In this document: positions 10,676 through 19,950 of the stretch, piece after piece | Layout: the number at the start of each line of letters is the position of its first letter | Numbering within the stretch: position 1 is the first letter of the stretch | Assembly (NCBI GenBank): GCA_963664825.1 | Contig: OY761614.1 | Span: forward strand, 2,656,001-2,720,000 | DNA: 64,000 nucleotides | From: an uncultured Holophaga sp. | Lineage (GTDB): Bacteria; Acidobacteriota; Holophagae; Holophagales; Holophagaceae | Reading direction: 5' to 3' | Notes under the pieces: model-generated | Told to the model about the DNA's origin: nothing | Seen by the model: the letters and a program-made list of their open reading frames with translations, nothing else | Database searches by the model: none | Program-made: the position numbers and the translations under genes

Positions 10676-10705
10676 ACAGTAACTCCTTGGCATCCGATCA
10701 CGGGT

Positions 10706-11440
10706 TTGGAGGCGGACCTTTCTAGTGCGGCGGAGGACGAGGATCTCGCCAAGGAATGCTACCGGCAGACCTTCCTTCAGCACGGCATTCGGCCTGGGGA
10801 ACTGACCCTGCATTCAGACCGAGGCCCTGCCATGGTTTCCAAGACGGCGAGTGTCCTCCTCACCGACCTGAAGGTCACGAAGAGCCACAGCCGACCTCAT
10901 GTTTCCGATGACAACCCGTATTCCGAATCGCAGTTCAAGACGCTCAAATACAGCCCCGGCTTCCCGGAGCGATTCGGTTCCATTGAGGATGCGAGGAGCT
11001 TCTGTCGCCGCTACTTCCACTGGTACAACCACCAGGACCGGCACAGCGGCATCGGCATGATGACGCCCGCCAGCGTTCACGAAGGCCGCGCCAAGGAGAT
11101 CCGCGCTGCCCGGCAGATCATCCTCGATCAGGTCTTCCAGGCCCACCCCGAGCGGTTTTCCAAGGGATGCCCGAAACCACCGGCCATTCCCAGCCCGGCG
11201 TGGATCAATCCTCCGAAAAAGGAAATCGCAGCATGATGACCTCTGGCTGTTGCGAGGTGTGGGAAACGCGCAGCGTTTTCCAAGGGGCCGAGGTCAGGCT
11301 GCGGACCCGAAGGGCGGGCCATCGGCCCGTTGCCGCCAGGCAATCCGCAGCCTGTCCATGGCCCCGGCGCCTCTTCGCAGCGGGTTGGGCCAAGTGATAA
11401 TTTAGGCAACTTTCTGTCTCAAAGTCGTTGACGCGTTCCG
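10706..11440 (+). mobile_element. IS3-like element remnant (integrase core, 5'-truncated)
   Basis: LTLHSDRG, HSRPHVSDDNPYSESQFKTLKY, WYNHQDRHSGI; right-end-like tgtctcaaagtcgttgacgcgttccg. Confidence 0.8.
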
Positions 11441-11473
11441 AATCGGGGAAGAGCGTTTTGGTGGGACACAGGC

Positions 11474-11510
11474 CAACAAAATAGCCTCGAAGGTCGAGGC
11501 TATTTTGTTG
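11474..11510 (-). terminator. Rho-independent (probably bidirectional) terminator after precursor 2
   Basis: Perfect 17-bp inverted repeat caacaaaatagcctcga agg tcgaggctattttgttg. Confidence 0.85.
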
Positions 11511-11526
11511 TGGAATTATAATTTAA

Positions 11527-11730
11527 TTAATTACATTTTTGCGCGGTAACAACTGGGTGTTTCGTGAAAGTGTTTGTTTCGCAGCCTAAACCATCGTTGC
11601 TTACCCCGCAGTTGAACAATCCGCCTGGTCCTGATGAATACTGTTTGTCGCCTGTATCCCCTCCTGCAATTTCCGTTTGCTGTGTGGCGTTTAGTCGAGA
11701 GATTGTTTCCTTGTTTAACTTGAGCGCCAT
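11527..11730 (-). CDS. lanA: Lanthipeptide precursor 2 (67 aa): MALKLNKETISRLNATQQTEIAGG|DTGDKQYSSGPGGLFNCGVSNDGLGCETNTFTKHPVVTAQKCN
   Basis: SD GGAGGAG before ATG 11730; leader of identical length (24 aa) and clearly homologous to precursor 1; core has 3 Cys and 8 Ser/Thr. Confidence 0.9.
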   Translation of the reverse strand: MALKLNKETISRLNATQQTEIAGGDTGDKQYSSGPGGLFNCGVSNDGLGCETNTFTKHPVVTAQKCN

Positions 11731-12650
11731 GGCTCCTCCGATCATGTCCCGTCTGGGACTTGGGTTGATTGTTGATTAACTTATCCGTGTTTGTCTGAAC
11801 TTTCAATATGGAAACTCGTGCCGATTCATTGTTCCAAGCCGAAGTTCCATAGTGAACCAGGCGGAATCCCCATGATCCACAAGGCGATTTTGTGAATTTA
11901 GGAATTCAGCTACTGACTACGGCAGGGCGAGGCCGAGGCATTTGAAGGCCTCTTCGCTGAATTGTGTGGGTACCTGTGGTGCAGTCCGCCGCATCGAGGC
12001 AGGGCCACCACGTTGGTCGGTCCTTTTGGGGTAGGGCTGGCGCGGCCTGGGATCGGGCTCTCCTTGCCCAATGCAAGGTGAGTCCGATCCTTGTGGTAAT
12101 AGCCGAGGTAGCCCTTCAGAAGCCGCATCAGGTGCTGCTCGTCCAGCACAATGACATGGTCGAACAGCTCACGCCTCAGGGTTCCGATGAAACGCTCGCA
12201 GGCGCCGTTCTGCCATGGGCTTCGGAAGCTGGTCTGCTTGGGGATGATGCCCAGAGACTGGATGAACGCCTTCAGGGAACCGAAGATCGTGTCCCGGTCG
12301 AAGATCAGATACCTGGGGATCTCGTCGAAGGGGAAGGCCTCGCGGAGTTGCTGGCGAACCCATTCCGCCGTCGGGTTTCGAGTCGCGTTGAGGTGCAACA
12401 CCATTCGTCGGCCATGATGGAGAATGACCAGGACGTAGATGAGGCCGAAGTTCCAGGTGGGGACCACCAGGAAGTCCATGGCGGCGAGCATCTCCCGATG
12501 GTTGTCCAGGAAGGCCTGCCATGTCTGGGTTCTCCTGGGATCCGGGATACGACGGGGCATCCACCGCTGCACACTGCGCTCCGAAAGGTGAAAACCAAGG
12601 CGAAGCAACTCCCCGTGGATTCTCGGCGCCCCCCAGAGGGGGTTCTCGCG

Positions 12651-14108
12651 GATAGAGTCCCATCAAGTGGTGTAGCAGTGGTTCAGTGAGAGGTGGCCAC
12701 CGGTTCCGTAAGGTGAGGTTTGCGAACTTACCGAACGGAGAGACCGATGGCCATCAATAGGGTGTCTGGGCTGGAAGCCCTGAGCAAGGTTTTGGAGGAG
12801 GGGAACGGTGATTTCCTGCGGCGTGTGCTGCTGATGGGGCTGGAGGCGGTGATGGAGTCCGACGTTTCGGGGCTCTGCCAAGCGGGCCCTGGGGAGCGGA
12901 CGCCGTCACGGGAGAACCACCGAAACGGCTACCGCGACCGGGAACTGGAAACGCGGCTGGGCACGCTGCCGCTGGCCATCCCAAAGCTCCGGCAGGGCAG
13001 CTACTTCCCGAACTTCCTGGAGCCGCGCCGTCGGTGGGAACAGGCCTTCGTGAACGTGGCGGCAGAGGCCTACGTCGCGGGCGTGAGCACGCGAAAGGTC
13101 GAGGCGTTGGTGGAGGCCCTAGGCTGCAGGGGGATGTCGAAGTCCGAGGTCTCCCGGCTGGCGCAGGAGTTGGATGCGGAGGTGGAGGCGTTCCGGAACC
13201 GCCCGCTGGAAGGTTCTTTCCGCTACCTCTGGCTGGACGCCCTCTATCCGAAGGTTCGGGAAGGCGGGCGAGTGGTAGGGCTGGCGGTGATGGTGGCCAT
13301 GGCCGTGAATGCGGAGGGTAAACGCGAGGTGCTGGGGCTGACCGTGGCTGAAGGCGAGATGGAGAGCGCCTGGTCAGCATTCCTGGAACGCCTTGTGCAG
13401 CGCGGTCTCGCGGGTGTAGATCTGGTCATCTCGGATTCTCACGCCGGGCTGAAAGCCGCCGTCAGGAAGGTGCTGAATGGGGTCACCTGGCAGCGATGCC
13501 GCGTCCATTTCATGCGCAACGCTGCCGTACGGTTACCGAAGTCCGTTCAGGAGCAGATGCTGGATCGCCGCAAGCGGGTTTTCCAGGCCCCCACCAAGGA
13601 GGAGGCCCAGGCCCTGATCGCGGCCCTGGCGCGGGACACCGAGCGCAAGCACCCAGGGTTCGCAGCCCTGCTGGATGAGGCCGTGGAGGACGTCACCGCC
13701 TTCATGGACTTCCCGAAGGCCCACTGGCGAAAGATCCACTCCACGAACGTCCTGGAACGGGAGAATCGCGAACTGCGCCGCCGTTCCGATGTGGTGGGGA
13801 TCTTCCCCAATCGGGCCGCGGTGTTGCGCCTGCTCGGGAGCTTACTCCTCGATCAGCATGCCGAGTGGGTCAGCGCCCGCATCGCCTACATCAGGATGGA
13901 TGCATGAAACAAGATGGGCTCAAACGCCCCCCCTGACCCGGCCATGGACGGTGCCGGGGCCATGGACAACCTGCGGTTGCCCACCGCCCCTTGGAAAGCC
14001 CTTCGGCCTTTCCACACCGCCCACAGCCTGACAATCAGCAACAGAACTTTGACAACCTTACGGAATCGGCTGCGCCGACCTTCCTACACCACTTGACGGG
14101 ACACGGGC
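12651..14108 (+). mobile_element. IS256-family element
   Basis: Imperfect IRs gtcccatcaagtggtgtag / ctacaccacttgacgggac; 8-bp duplication ttctcgcg at 12643-12650 and 14109-14116. Confidence 0.92.
12747..13907 (+). CDS. IS256-family (mutator-type) transposase
   Basis: [66 protein letters not shown]. Confidence 0.93.
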   Translation: MAINRVSGLEALSKVLEEGNGDFLRRVLLMGLEAVMESDVSGLCQAGPGERTPSRENHRNGYRDRELETRLGTLPLAIPKLRQGSYFPNFLEPRRRWEQAFVNVAAEAYVAGVSTRKVEALVEALGCRGMSKSEVSRLAQELDAEVEAFRNRPLEGSFRYLWLDALYPKVREGGRVVGLAVMVAMAVNAEGKREVLGLTVAEGEMESAWSAFLERLVQRGLAGVDLVISDSHAGLKAAVRKVLNGVTWQRCRVHFMRNAAVRLPKSVQEQMLDRRKRVFQAPTKEEAQALIAALARDTERKHPGFAALLDEAVEDVTAFMDFPKAHWRKIHSTNVLERENRELRRRSDVVGIFPNRAAVLRLLGSLLLDQHAEWVSARIAYIRMDA

Positions 14109-14289
14109 TTCTCGCGCGCCATGCGGCGAATCAGACCCCGAAGATTCCCGGAGATGGCGGGCCGACCTACCTTGCGTATCTTCCTGGACTTCCAGCGCCA
14201 GAAGAGACGGAAGCCTGCCCGATACCAATAGATGACGGTGGCGGGCTTCACCAGCATGCAGACCTCCTGCCATCGGGGCCAGATCCGGC

Positions 14290-15916
14290 GTATCGATTCA
14301 CCCCGCTTGTCCCTGTGACCGCGTAAGCCGGTGGCAGCCAGCCGTGATGGGCTGGTGATGTCCCGCTTGCCCTGGCAGCCTCAGGCCGGTTCCAGTGCTG
14401 GTAGGGGCTGATTGGATCGGGCGGAGTGGAGGGCCCTGAGCAGCCAGTCGAAGTAGGGCACGCCGCGGATGCAGGCGGTGGTGCCCAAGCTCAGGAGGCG
14501 TTCGAAGAATCGCTTTCCGTCCGCGCTGGGCAGTCGCTGGAAGATCCGCTTGAGGATCACGAGGGGGCGCAGGGCCCGCTCGGCCGCATTGTTCGTCGGC
14601 TCCACGCCCTCGACCTTCAGGAACACCCAGAGCTTGTCCCATTTCCGGAGGAGGTCCTTCCCGAGGTTCCGGGCGGCCTTGTGATCCATCGTGCTGGCCT
14701 GGATCAGGCCCCGCTTGAGCCGCGCCAGGTTGATGGCCGTGCAGGCGCGCAGAACCTTGCGGGTGATCTCGCCACTTCGGAAGGCGTGCCACAGCGCAAA
14801 GATCTCCTCCTGCTCGGCGAGCAGACGCTTTCCCAGTGCGGCCACCTCGGGCTTCGCGGATTCGTTGAGGGCGATGAACTCCCTGCGCAAATGGGCCCAG
14901 CAGAACTGGCGAACGGCAGATTTCAAGGCGTTGTAGGCGCCGTATCGGTCCGTTCCGATGATGCCACTGAAATCCTCGGGAAGCATCGCGGTCAGGGCCC
15001 TCGCCCCACGGGTGTCGCTGAAGTGGAAGAGGGCCGTGCGGGCGGAAAGGGCCACCCAGATCCAGTCCCGATCCTTCCGCCCGAAACCGGTCTCGTCGAG
15101 GTTGAGCACGTCCGCCGTGCGGATCTGCTGGGAGAGGTCCTCCCAGGCGGGGAGTAGGTGGCTCCCCAGCGCCACACCGCTCTCATGCAGCCAACCGCGT
15201 GAGACCGCTACGCCCGTCACCTCCGAGAGGAAACGCTGGAGCGGCGTCAGGCTCATGCGGCCCTCTGTGCGCAGATAGGCCGCCGCAGCCTGAAGGCGCG
15301 GGCCGATCCCGCCGGGCGCGGCCTCCGGTGGCAGCGAAGCCCGGACCTTTCGCTGGCAATGCGGGCAGATGCCCTCCTCCAGCGCGTAGGCGATGACTTC
15401 TGTGAGGCGCTGAGCCAGATCCACCACCCGGTGCAGGCGCGTCCCGGTGATGGCCCCTGAAGGAACCTCGCCGCGGCAGTGGGGGCAGCATCCAAGCGCC
15501 ACCGCCACCGTCCGATCCTCGCTGCCCTCCGGCAACATCACCCGAGCGGACCCCTTTCGTCCCGGTTGGCCGCCGCGCTTGCGCCCCGTGGGCGGCGTCG
15601 GTGGCTTGGGCGGCGCCGCGGGTCCGTCCGAACTGGGGGGCTTGCTGCTGTTGCGGCTGTCCTTCCCGAGCCGCTCCTGGAGGGACTCCAGCAGCTTCTC
15701 CAGGCGCTCCATCGTCTCCCGCAGGCGAGTCATTTCCGCACGCAGTTCCCCGTTCTCGGCGGCCAGCGCCAGATAACGCGGATCGGTCAGAACGGGATCA
15801 AGCTCCATCCTTTAGAATCTGACTGGTTTGAGACCGAAGTACAAGCAAATTATTCACTTGCAGTGATCCCCCCCCCTCAATCACGAGTTGAACCTGAAGG
15901 GGGGGTGAATCGATAC
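14290..15916 (-). mobile_element. IS66-family element, copy 2 (no target duplication)
   Basis: Same terminal IRs as copy 1; flanks gatccggc and gggcgtag do not match. Confidence 0.92.
14381..15808 (-). CDS. IS66-family transposase
   Basis: 475 aa, near-identical to 7576-9003. Confidence 0.93.
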   Translation of the reverse strand: MELDPVLTDPRYLALAAENGELRAEMTRLRETMERLEKLLESLQERLGKDSRNSSKPPSSDGPAAPPKPPTPPTGRKRGGQPGRKGSARVMLPEGSEDRTVAVALGCCPHCRGEVPSGAITGTRLHRVVDLAQRLTEVIAYALEEGICPHCQRKVRASLPPEAAPGGIGPRLQAAAAYLRTEGRMSLTPLQRFLSEVTGVAVSRGWLHESGVALGSHLLPAWEDLSQQIRTADVLNLDETGFGRKDRDWIWVALSARTALFHFSDTRGARALTAMLPEDFSGIIGTDRYGAYNALKSAVRQFCWAHLRREFIALNESAKPEVAALGKRLLAEQEEIFALWHAFRSGEITRKVLRACTAINLARLKRGLIQASTMDHKAARNLGKDLLRKWDKLWVFLKVEGVEPTNNAAERALRPLVILKRIFQRLPSADGKRFFERLLSLGTTACIRGVPYFDWLLRALHSARSNQPLPALEPA

Positions 15917-16280
15917 GGGCGTAGTCCGGGGTGGAGGTCCGGATCTCGGGGCCGTCGAAACGCCGGATGACCTTCAGGGCCTCGCCGCACTCGATCTGGG
16001 CCTGGCGCATCCGCTTCGCCACGACCAGCAGGCGCTTTTCCCAGCCCCTGAAAGGGATGTGGCCGTTCTTGGTGCGGGCGTTCGCCCTCCAGCCCGTGGA
16101 GCGGTCCGTGGCCCCCATGTCACTCATCCAGCAGCGCAGGAAGAGCTGCCTCGCAGCCTCCATCTCGTCCTCACAGGGCTCGAAGGCCTGCTGATCTTCG
16201 AGCCTGGCCCAGGGGGTTCCCTGGATCTGAGCCACGGACGCCTCCAGGCGCTGGCGGAGCATCCGCCAGATTCTCAGCAT
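15917..16280 (-). pseudogene. DNA adenine methyltransferase (D12/Dam-like) internal fragment
   Basis: GTPWAR..AFEPCEDEMEAARQLFLRCWMS...RMRQAQIECGEALKVIRRFDGPE; lacks the SAM motif and an intact DPPY, and is cut by IS66. Confidence 0.65.
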
Positions 16281-16305
16281 CGTTCCCAGCGTTTGCCAGA
16301 GCGAC

Positions 16306-16329
16306 AAAAAGCCCCGCTAAAGCGGGGCT
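16306..16329 (-). terminator. Rho-independent terminator of the antirepressor operon
   Basis: agccccgct tt agcggggc ttttt on the minus strand. Confidence 0.8.
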
Positions 16330-16349
16330 GATTGTAAGGGTAGAGCGCG

Positions 16350-16613
16350 TCAACCGGCTTGTTTGAACAACGCCTTCTGCGTTTGGCCCAGATCCGCCTC
16401 CAGCTTGCCCAGCTGATCAGCCAGAAGACCCAGCATGAGACCGAAACCATAGGCTTCGCGGCTGCTGAGTTCCAGGGCTGGGGAATTCGGTAATCTTTCT
16501 TCCCTGCCGCATTCCCGGGCTTGGAGAAGGGCTTTAGCGGCTTCAAGCTGGGCCTGAAGATCTCTGGCCAAGATGCGAGCCTCGTCCAGTTTATCGAGGG
16601 GTGTGAGGCTCAT
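16350..16613 (-). CDS. Hypothetical phage protein (87 aa, helical)
   Basis: ATG overlaps the antirepressor stop (TAATG); MSLTPLDKLDEARILARDL... Confidence 0.6.
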   Translation of the reverse strand: MSLTPLDKLDEARILARDLQAQLEAAKALLQARECGREERLPNSPALELSSREAYGFGLMLGLLADQLGKLEADLGQTQKALFKQAG

Positions 16614-17452
16614 TAGAGGGCCTCCGGCGCGGGGAATATGGCCGGGGATAGGCGGTGCAAAACGGTCTTGGCCACATCGTTGCCGTAGAGGTCCACCAAC
16701 TCCCGAGGCGTGACCTCCCGAACTGTGATGGGGCCCCTGGAGGAGGCCGCTCCCACGGGGCCTTCGGCCCAGCGGCGCTCGGGCGTCATGTATTCGCCCC
16801 GAGGGCGGCCCTTGGTGGGGTGGAGAGGGAAGAGTGCCATGTGGGCGGCGAAGGGTTCGAAGGCCACCAGCATGACCTTGCCGTCCTTGCGGTGGGGTAG
16901 CGCGTAGTCCTGGACGCGGGAATGCACCGTAGGACGCGGCAACCCGAGGCGGCGCCCGCACTCGCCGGGGCTCAGCCATGTCCACCGTTTGGTGTCCGGC
17001 TGGGCTTCCTCGGGATTCTGGCCCGTGATGCCCTCAATCTCACCGAAGAGCGCTCGCGTTGCCTCCGGCGCGGTGGCCCGGATCTCGGGACGGATGGCGG
17101 CGCCCGTGCGCCAGTAGGCGTCCAGCACCTGGAAGCACTCCTTCTGGTAGGTTCGCAGGCGCTCCCGGAACTCCGGCTTCACGCGAGCCGCCTGGATGCT
17201 AAAGAGCCAGCCGTTCAAGTTCTCCAGGGGCAGGCAGGTCATGGTCTGGGGACCACCCGGGGAAGGGATCAAGATATCTTGATACCCCCACAGATCCTTG
17301 TCTGCGGTGAGTTTGGCATGCTGTCCCTGCCAGGACGCCCCAAGCTGGGTGCAGAGGGGCTTGGCTGGAACGAAGGGTTTCCCATTCTCGGGATGGGATA
17401 CAAGGAAGACAACCTCCCCGTGGAAGTCGATGGATCTGAGTTCGGCCGTCAT
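16613..17452 (-). CDS. Phage antirepressor (P22_AR N-terminal domain)
   Basis: IDFHGE...PFVPAKPLCTQLGASWQGQHAKL...GGPQTMTCLPLENLNGWLFSI...YQKECFQVLDAYW. Confidence 0.88.
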   Translation of the reverse strand: MTAELRSIDFHGEVVFLVSHPENGKPFVPAKPLCTQLGASWQGQHAKLTADKDLWGYQDILIPSPGGPQTMTCLPLENLNGWLFSIQAARVKPEFRERLRTYQKECFQVLDAYWRTGAAIRPEIRATAPEATRALFGEIEGITGQNPEEAQPDTKRWTWLSPGECGRRLGLPRPTVHSRVQDYALPHRKDGKVMLVAFEPFAAHMALFPLHPTKGRPRGEYMTPERRWAEGPVGAASSRGPITVREVTPRELVDLYGNDVAKTVLHRLSPAIFPAPEAL

Positions 17453-17461
17453 GCGGCACTT

Positions 17462-17673
17462 CCTTTGTTGGGTCCGGCTTTCTAGGCCAGACGGAGTTGG
17501 ATGAATGCCCCGAGGGGCGGCTGGTGAGACCGGGAGCTAGAAACCCCAACGACGTGCCAAAGGGAACACGAGGTGGAGCGAGCTTCTTCGTGCGTGTTAC
17601 CACGCCTTATTCCGCTACACTCCCGGCGATTGCTCACCATTGCATCCGTCCTTTGGTTCGTCGGGTTTTCTAG
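17462..17673 (-). ncRNA. Putative c4-type antisense RNA/target cassette controlling the antirepressor
   Basis: Two direct copies of CTAGAAA..N..CAAAGG (17650-17673 and 17462-17485, the latter over the SD) with one complementary copy between them (17537-17563). Confidence 0.6.
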
Positions 17674-17896
17674 ACCCGATGAACAAAGGATGCCCTGCCA
17701 CGGATTCCGGTCAAGCGAAAATCCGTCAAAAAGATTGGTAATGCCTGTCAGGACTCTGAAACGGTGTGATCACATGTGGCATCTCGTTCCTTAACTCGCC
17801 CAATGGTAATGGCCCAGTGTTTCCAACCTGTTGCCCGTATTGGTGACATGCAAACTGGCGATGCGCATGGGTTTCCTCCTTGTGAGATGTGATTAA

Positions 17897-18379
17897 CTAA
17901 CCTTGCTGCTTCTCCCACCGTTTACTCGCCCCGACTTTCCCCTTCAGGTGCTCCAAACACGCCTGGAGGGCTTCCATGGGCCAGGCTTCGAGCTTGCGAG
18001 GGGTGCCGTGGATATGGGGGTAGTGCTGCTGGAGCCAGGTCTGGACGCGGGTGCGGACGAGGGCGCGGCGGGCCGACTCGCTGGCATCGAAGGGGCCGGG
18101 CTCCTCTGGCACGTCCCAGCCAGCGCTGTAGGCCTCCCGTAGGATCCGACCCACCAGGGGGGACTTGGGATCCAGACGCGGAGCGGGGGCAGAGGCGGGG
18201 CGCCCGCCCGCTAGGCGGTCCAGTTCGGCCAGGACGCGCCTGCCCTGGGCGTCTGTCAGATCCTTGCTGGAGCGCTTACCCGTGAGGTTTTCCAGGAGAT
18301 CCCGGTAGACATCATCCTCAGCCAGACCCGGGATTCGACGGCGCAGGGCGTGGATGGCCTTGATGTAGGTGGGTGACAT
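17897..18379 (-). CDS. Mu GemA/gp16-like (DUF1018) protein
   Basis: IKAIHALRRRIPGLAEDDVYRDLLENLTGKRSSKDLT...VLAEL. Confidence 0.8.
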   Translation of the reverse strand: MSPTYIKAIHALRRRIPGLAEDDVYRDLLENLTGKRSSKDLTDAQGRRVLAELDRLAGGRPASAPAPRLDPKSPLVGRILREAYSAGWDVPEEPGPFDASESARRALVRTRVQTWLQQHYPHIHGTPRKLEAWPMEALQACLEHLKGKVGASKRWEKQQG

Positions 18380-18620
18380 GAGGACTCCAACCATGCACAT
18401 GCTCAAGTGAAGACTTCAGCAGCAAGCTCAGGGCACTGGGCGTAGCCCAAATTTCGGTCGCTGGCGATGCGTTCCTGGGCTGCTTCAATAATTCGAAAAT
18501 TATGATGCGCTAGACAGCTTGATATTGTAGTTTGCAACTACTTTATTTATGTTGATCTGCATGTTCGCTTTCGTTTTATTGGCCTGGTGGTAGATTTGTC
18601 GGACCATTCAAGGTGACTCT

Positions 18621-19076
18621 ATGGATTCGAGGCAAGCACAACACCTCATGGAATCTTTCGAGGCTGCAAAGCTCCTGGATGTCGGAGGGGAGGTTTGGAG
18701 CGCTCGCGAACTCATGGCCTTGTTGGGGTATGCAGACTGGAAGAATTTCAAAAAGTCCATTAGCAAGGCAATCACTGATGCAATTACCTATGGAATTGAT
18801 CCGATAACAAATTTCGTCGAATCGCGAAGGGTTGGACCTCCTGGGTCCAAGAACACGACTGCACGAGATTTCAGGCTCACCCGTGGTGCTGCATATCTTG
18901 TAGCGCTCAATTCCGATCCGGCTCACGATGCTGTAGCTTTTGCTAGAGTTTATTTCGTGATCCAAACTAAAACATCAGATATTATTCAACAAAGTATGAT
19001 GGAACTCTTTGGTAACGACCTACATATTCTGTACGCCTTTGGTGGTTTTAATTTTCAAAATGGACATAAGGTATAG
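18621..19076 (+). CDS. DinD-like/Bro-N domain protein, probably truncated
   Basis: WSARELMALLGYADWKNFKKSISKA...DFRLTRGAAYLVALNSDP..VAFARVYFVIQT; AT-richer and opposite strand to its neighbours. Confidence 0.7.
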   Translation: MDSRQAQHLMESFEAAKLLDVGGEVWSARELMALLGYADWKNFKKSISKAITDAITYGIDPITNFVESRRVGPPGSKNTTARDFRLTRGAAYLVALNSDPAHDAVAFARVYFVIQTKTSDIIQQSMMELFGNDLHILYAFGGFNFQNGHKV

Positions 19077-19321
19077 AAAGAGGCTGTTTCCCATTGAGTA
19101 TCCTCAACATCAGGCTTTAGGGTGAATAAATTTCTTGGGTTGATGAGGCGTAAGCCCAAGACCCTAGAAAAGGAGGCACTTGATCCATGGATGCATCATT
19201 TGCTCTAGATCGCTTTGTCTGACGTTGGCAAGGGGTGGGGGTGGAAATCGAAGCCGACGAGGGCAATCTGTTTCAGCCCTGCAGGGACGATTCGCCGCCC
19301 CCGGCCCTTATGCGAGTCGGA

Positions 19322-19552
19322 TCACGCGATGATGGGAATGTTCAGGCCGAAGGCCTCCATCTCGGCGCGAATCGTCGTGATGGCGTCGATCTTCCATCGG
19401 CCGCCGTCGGCCTCCACCAGCATCAACGCCGGAGTCCCCTCACCGGTGCACCTGGCCCGAAAGACGAACTCGGAGATGGGCTGCTCGATCTCGGGGAAGG
19501 TCCGGAAGGGTGCTAGGGCCACGCGAGGCTTGATGGTGATGGACTCCTTCAT
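19322..19552 (-). pseudogene. C-terminal fragment of a conserved phage hypothetical protein
   Basis: LAPFRTFPEIEQPISEFVFR...EADGGRWK motif; the ORF is short. Confidence 0.5.
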
Positions 19553-19950
19553 CCGCAGGCCCGCTTTGACGTTGGCCCGCTGTGTGAACCCATCATCCTC
19601 GGTGGGACATGAACGCTCGTGAGGCGTAGCGCCTTGAACTGGGCCTCTTTGATCCAGAAGGCCGCATAGGTGATGAAGGCCTTCCCCTGACGAGCATCAA
19701 ACCGCTGGGCCGCCTCCAGGGCACCCACGCGGCCTTCCTGAATCAGGTCATCCACCGTGAGACGCTCGTCGAAATTGATGTTGTCCTGGTTCGAGACCTG
19801 GACCTTGAAGTGGCCGTCGAAGGAAAAGAGGGTGAGATTGCCCTTGGCGCCGCCTACCTTGGCCCTGTATTTGGCGGCGGATTCCTCGACGAAGGCCTGG
19901 ACCTCCTCAAAGACCGAAGCCTTGAACATGGCCAGCTGGTCCGCAGCCAC
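19549..19950 (-). pseudogene. Deletion chimera: DUF3164 (Mu-like) fragment fused to a sigma-70 region-2 fragment
   Basis: GGAKGNLTLFSFDG..VQVSNQDNINFDERL runs directly into DDLIQEGRVGALEAAQRFD..FITYAAFWIK. Confidence 0.7.

Larger units (their letters stand above)
11910..14289 (-). pseudogene. Integrase-core (rve) transposase, split by IS256 and 5'-truncated by IS66 copy 2
   Basis: Removing IS256 restores ...FWRWKSRK..GRPAI..LIRRMARENPLWGAPRIHGELLRLG...AAMDFL...YLIFDRD...SPWQNGACERFIGTLRRE. Confidence 0.85.

Noticed and set aside
11800..11840. Possible sigma-54 promoter upstream of precursor 2
   Set aside because: GG-N10-GC spacing is not satisfied.
7467..15916. Composite transposon formed by IS66 copies 1 and 2
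   Set aside because: Copy 1 has its own target duplication and the outer flanks do not match.
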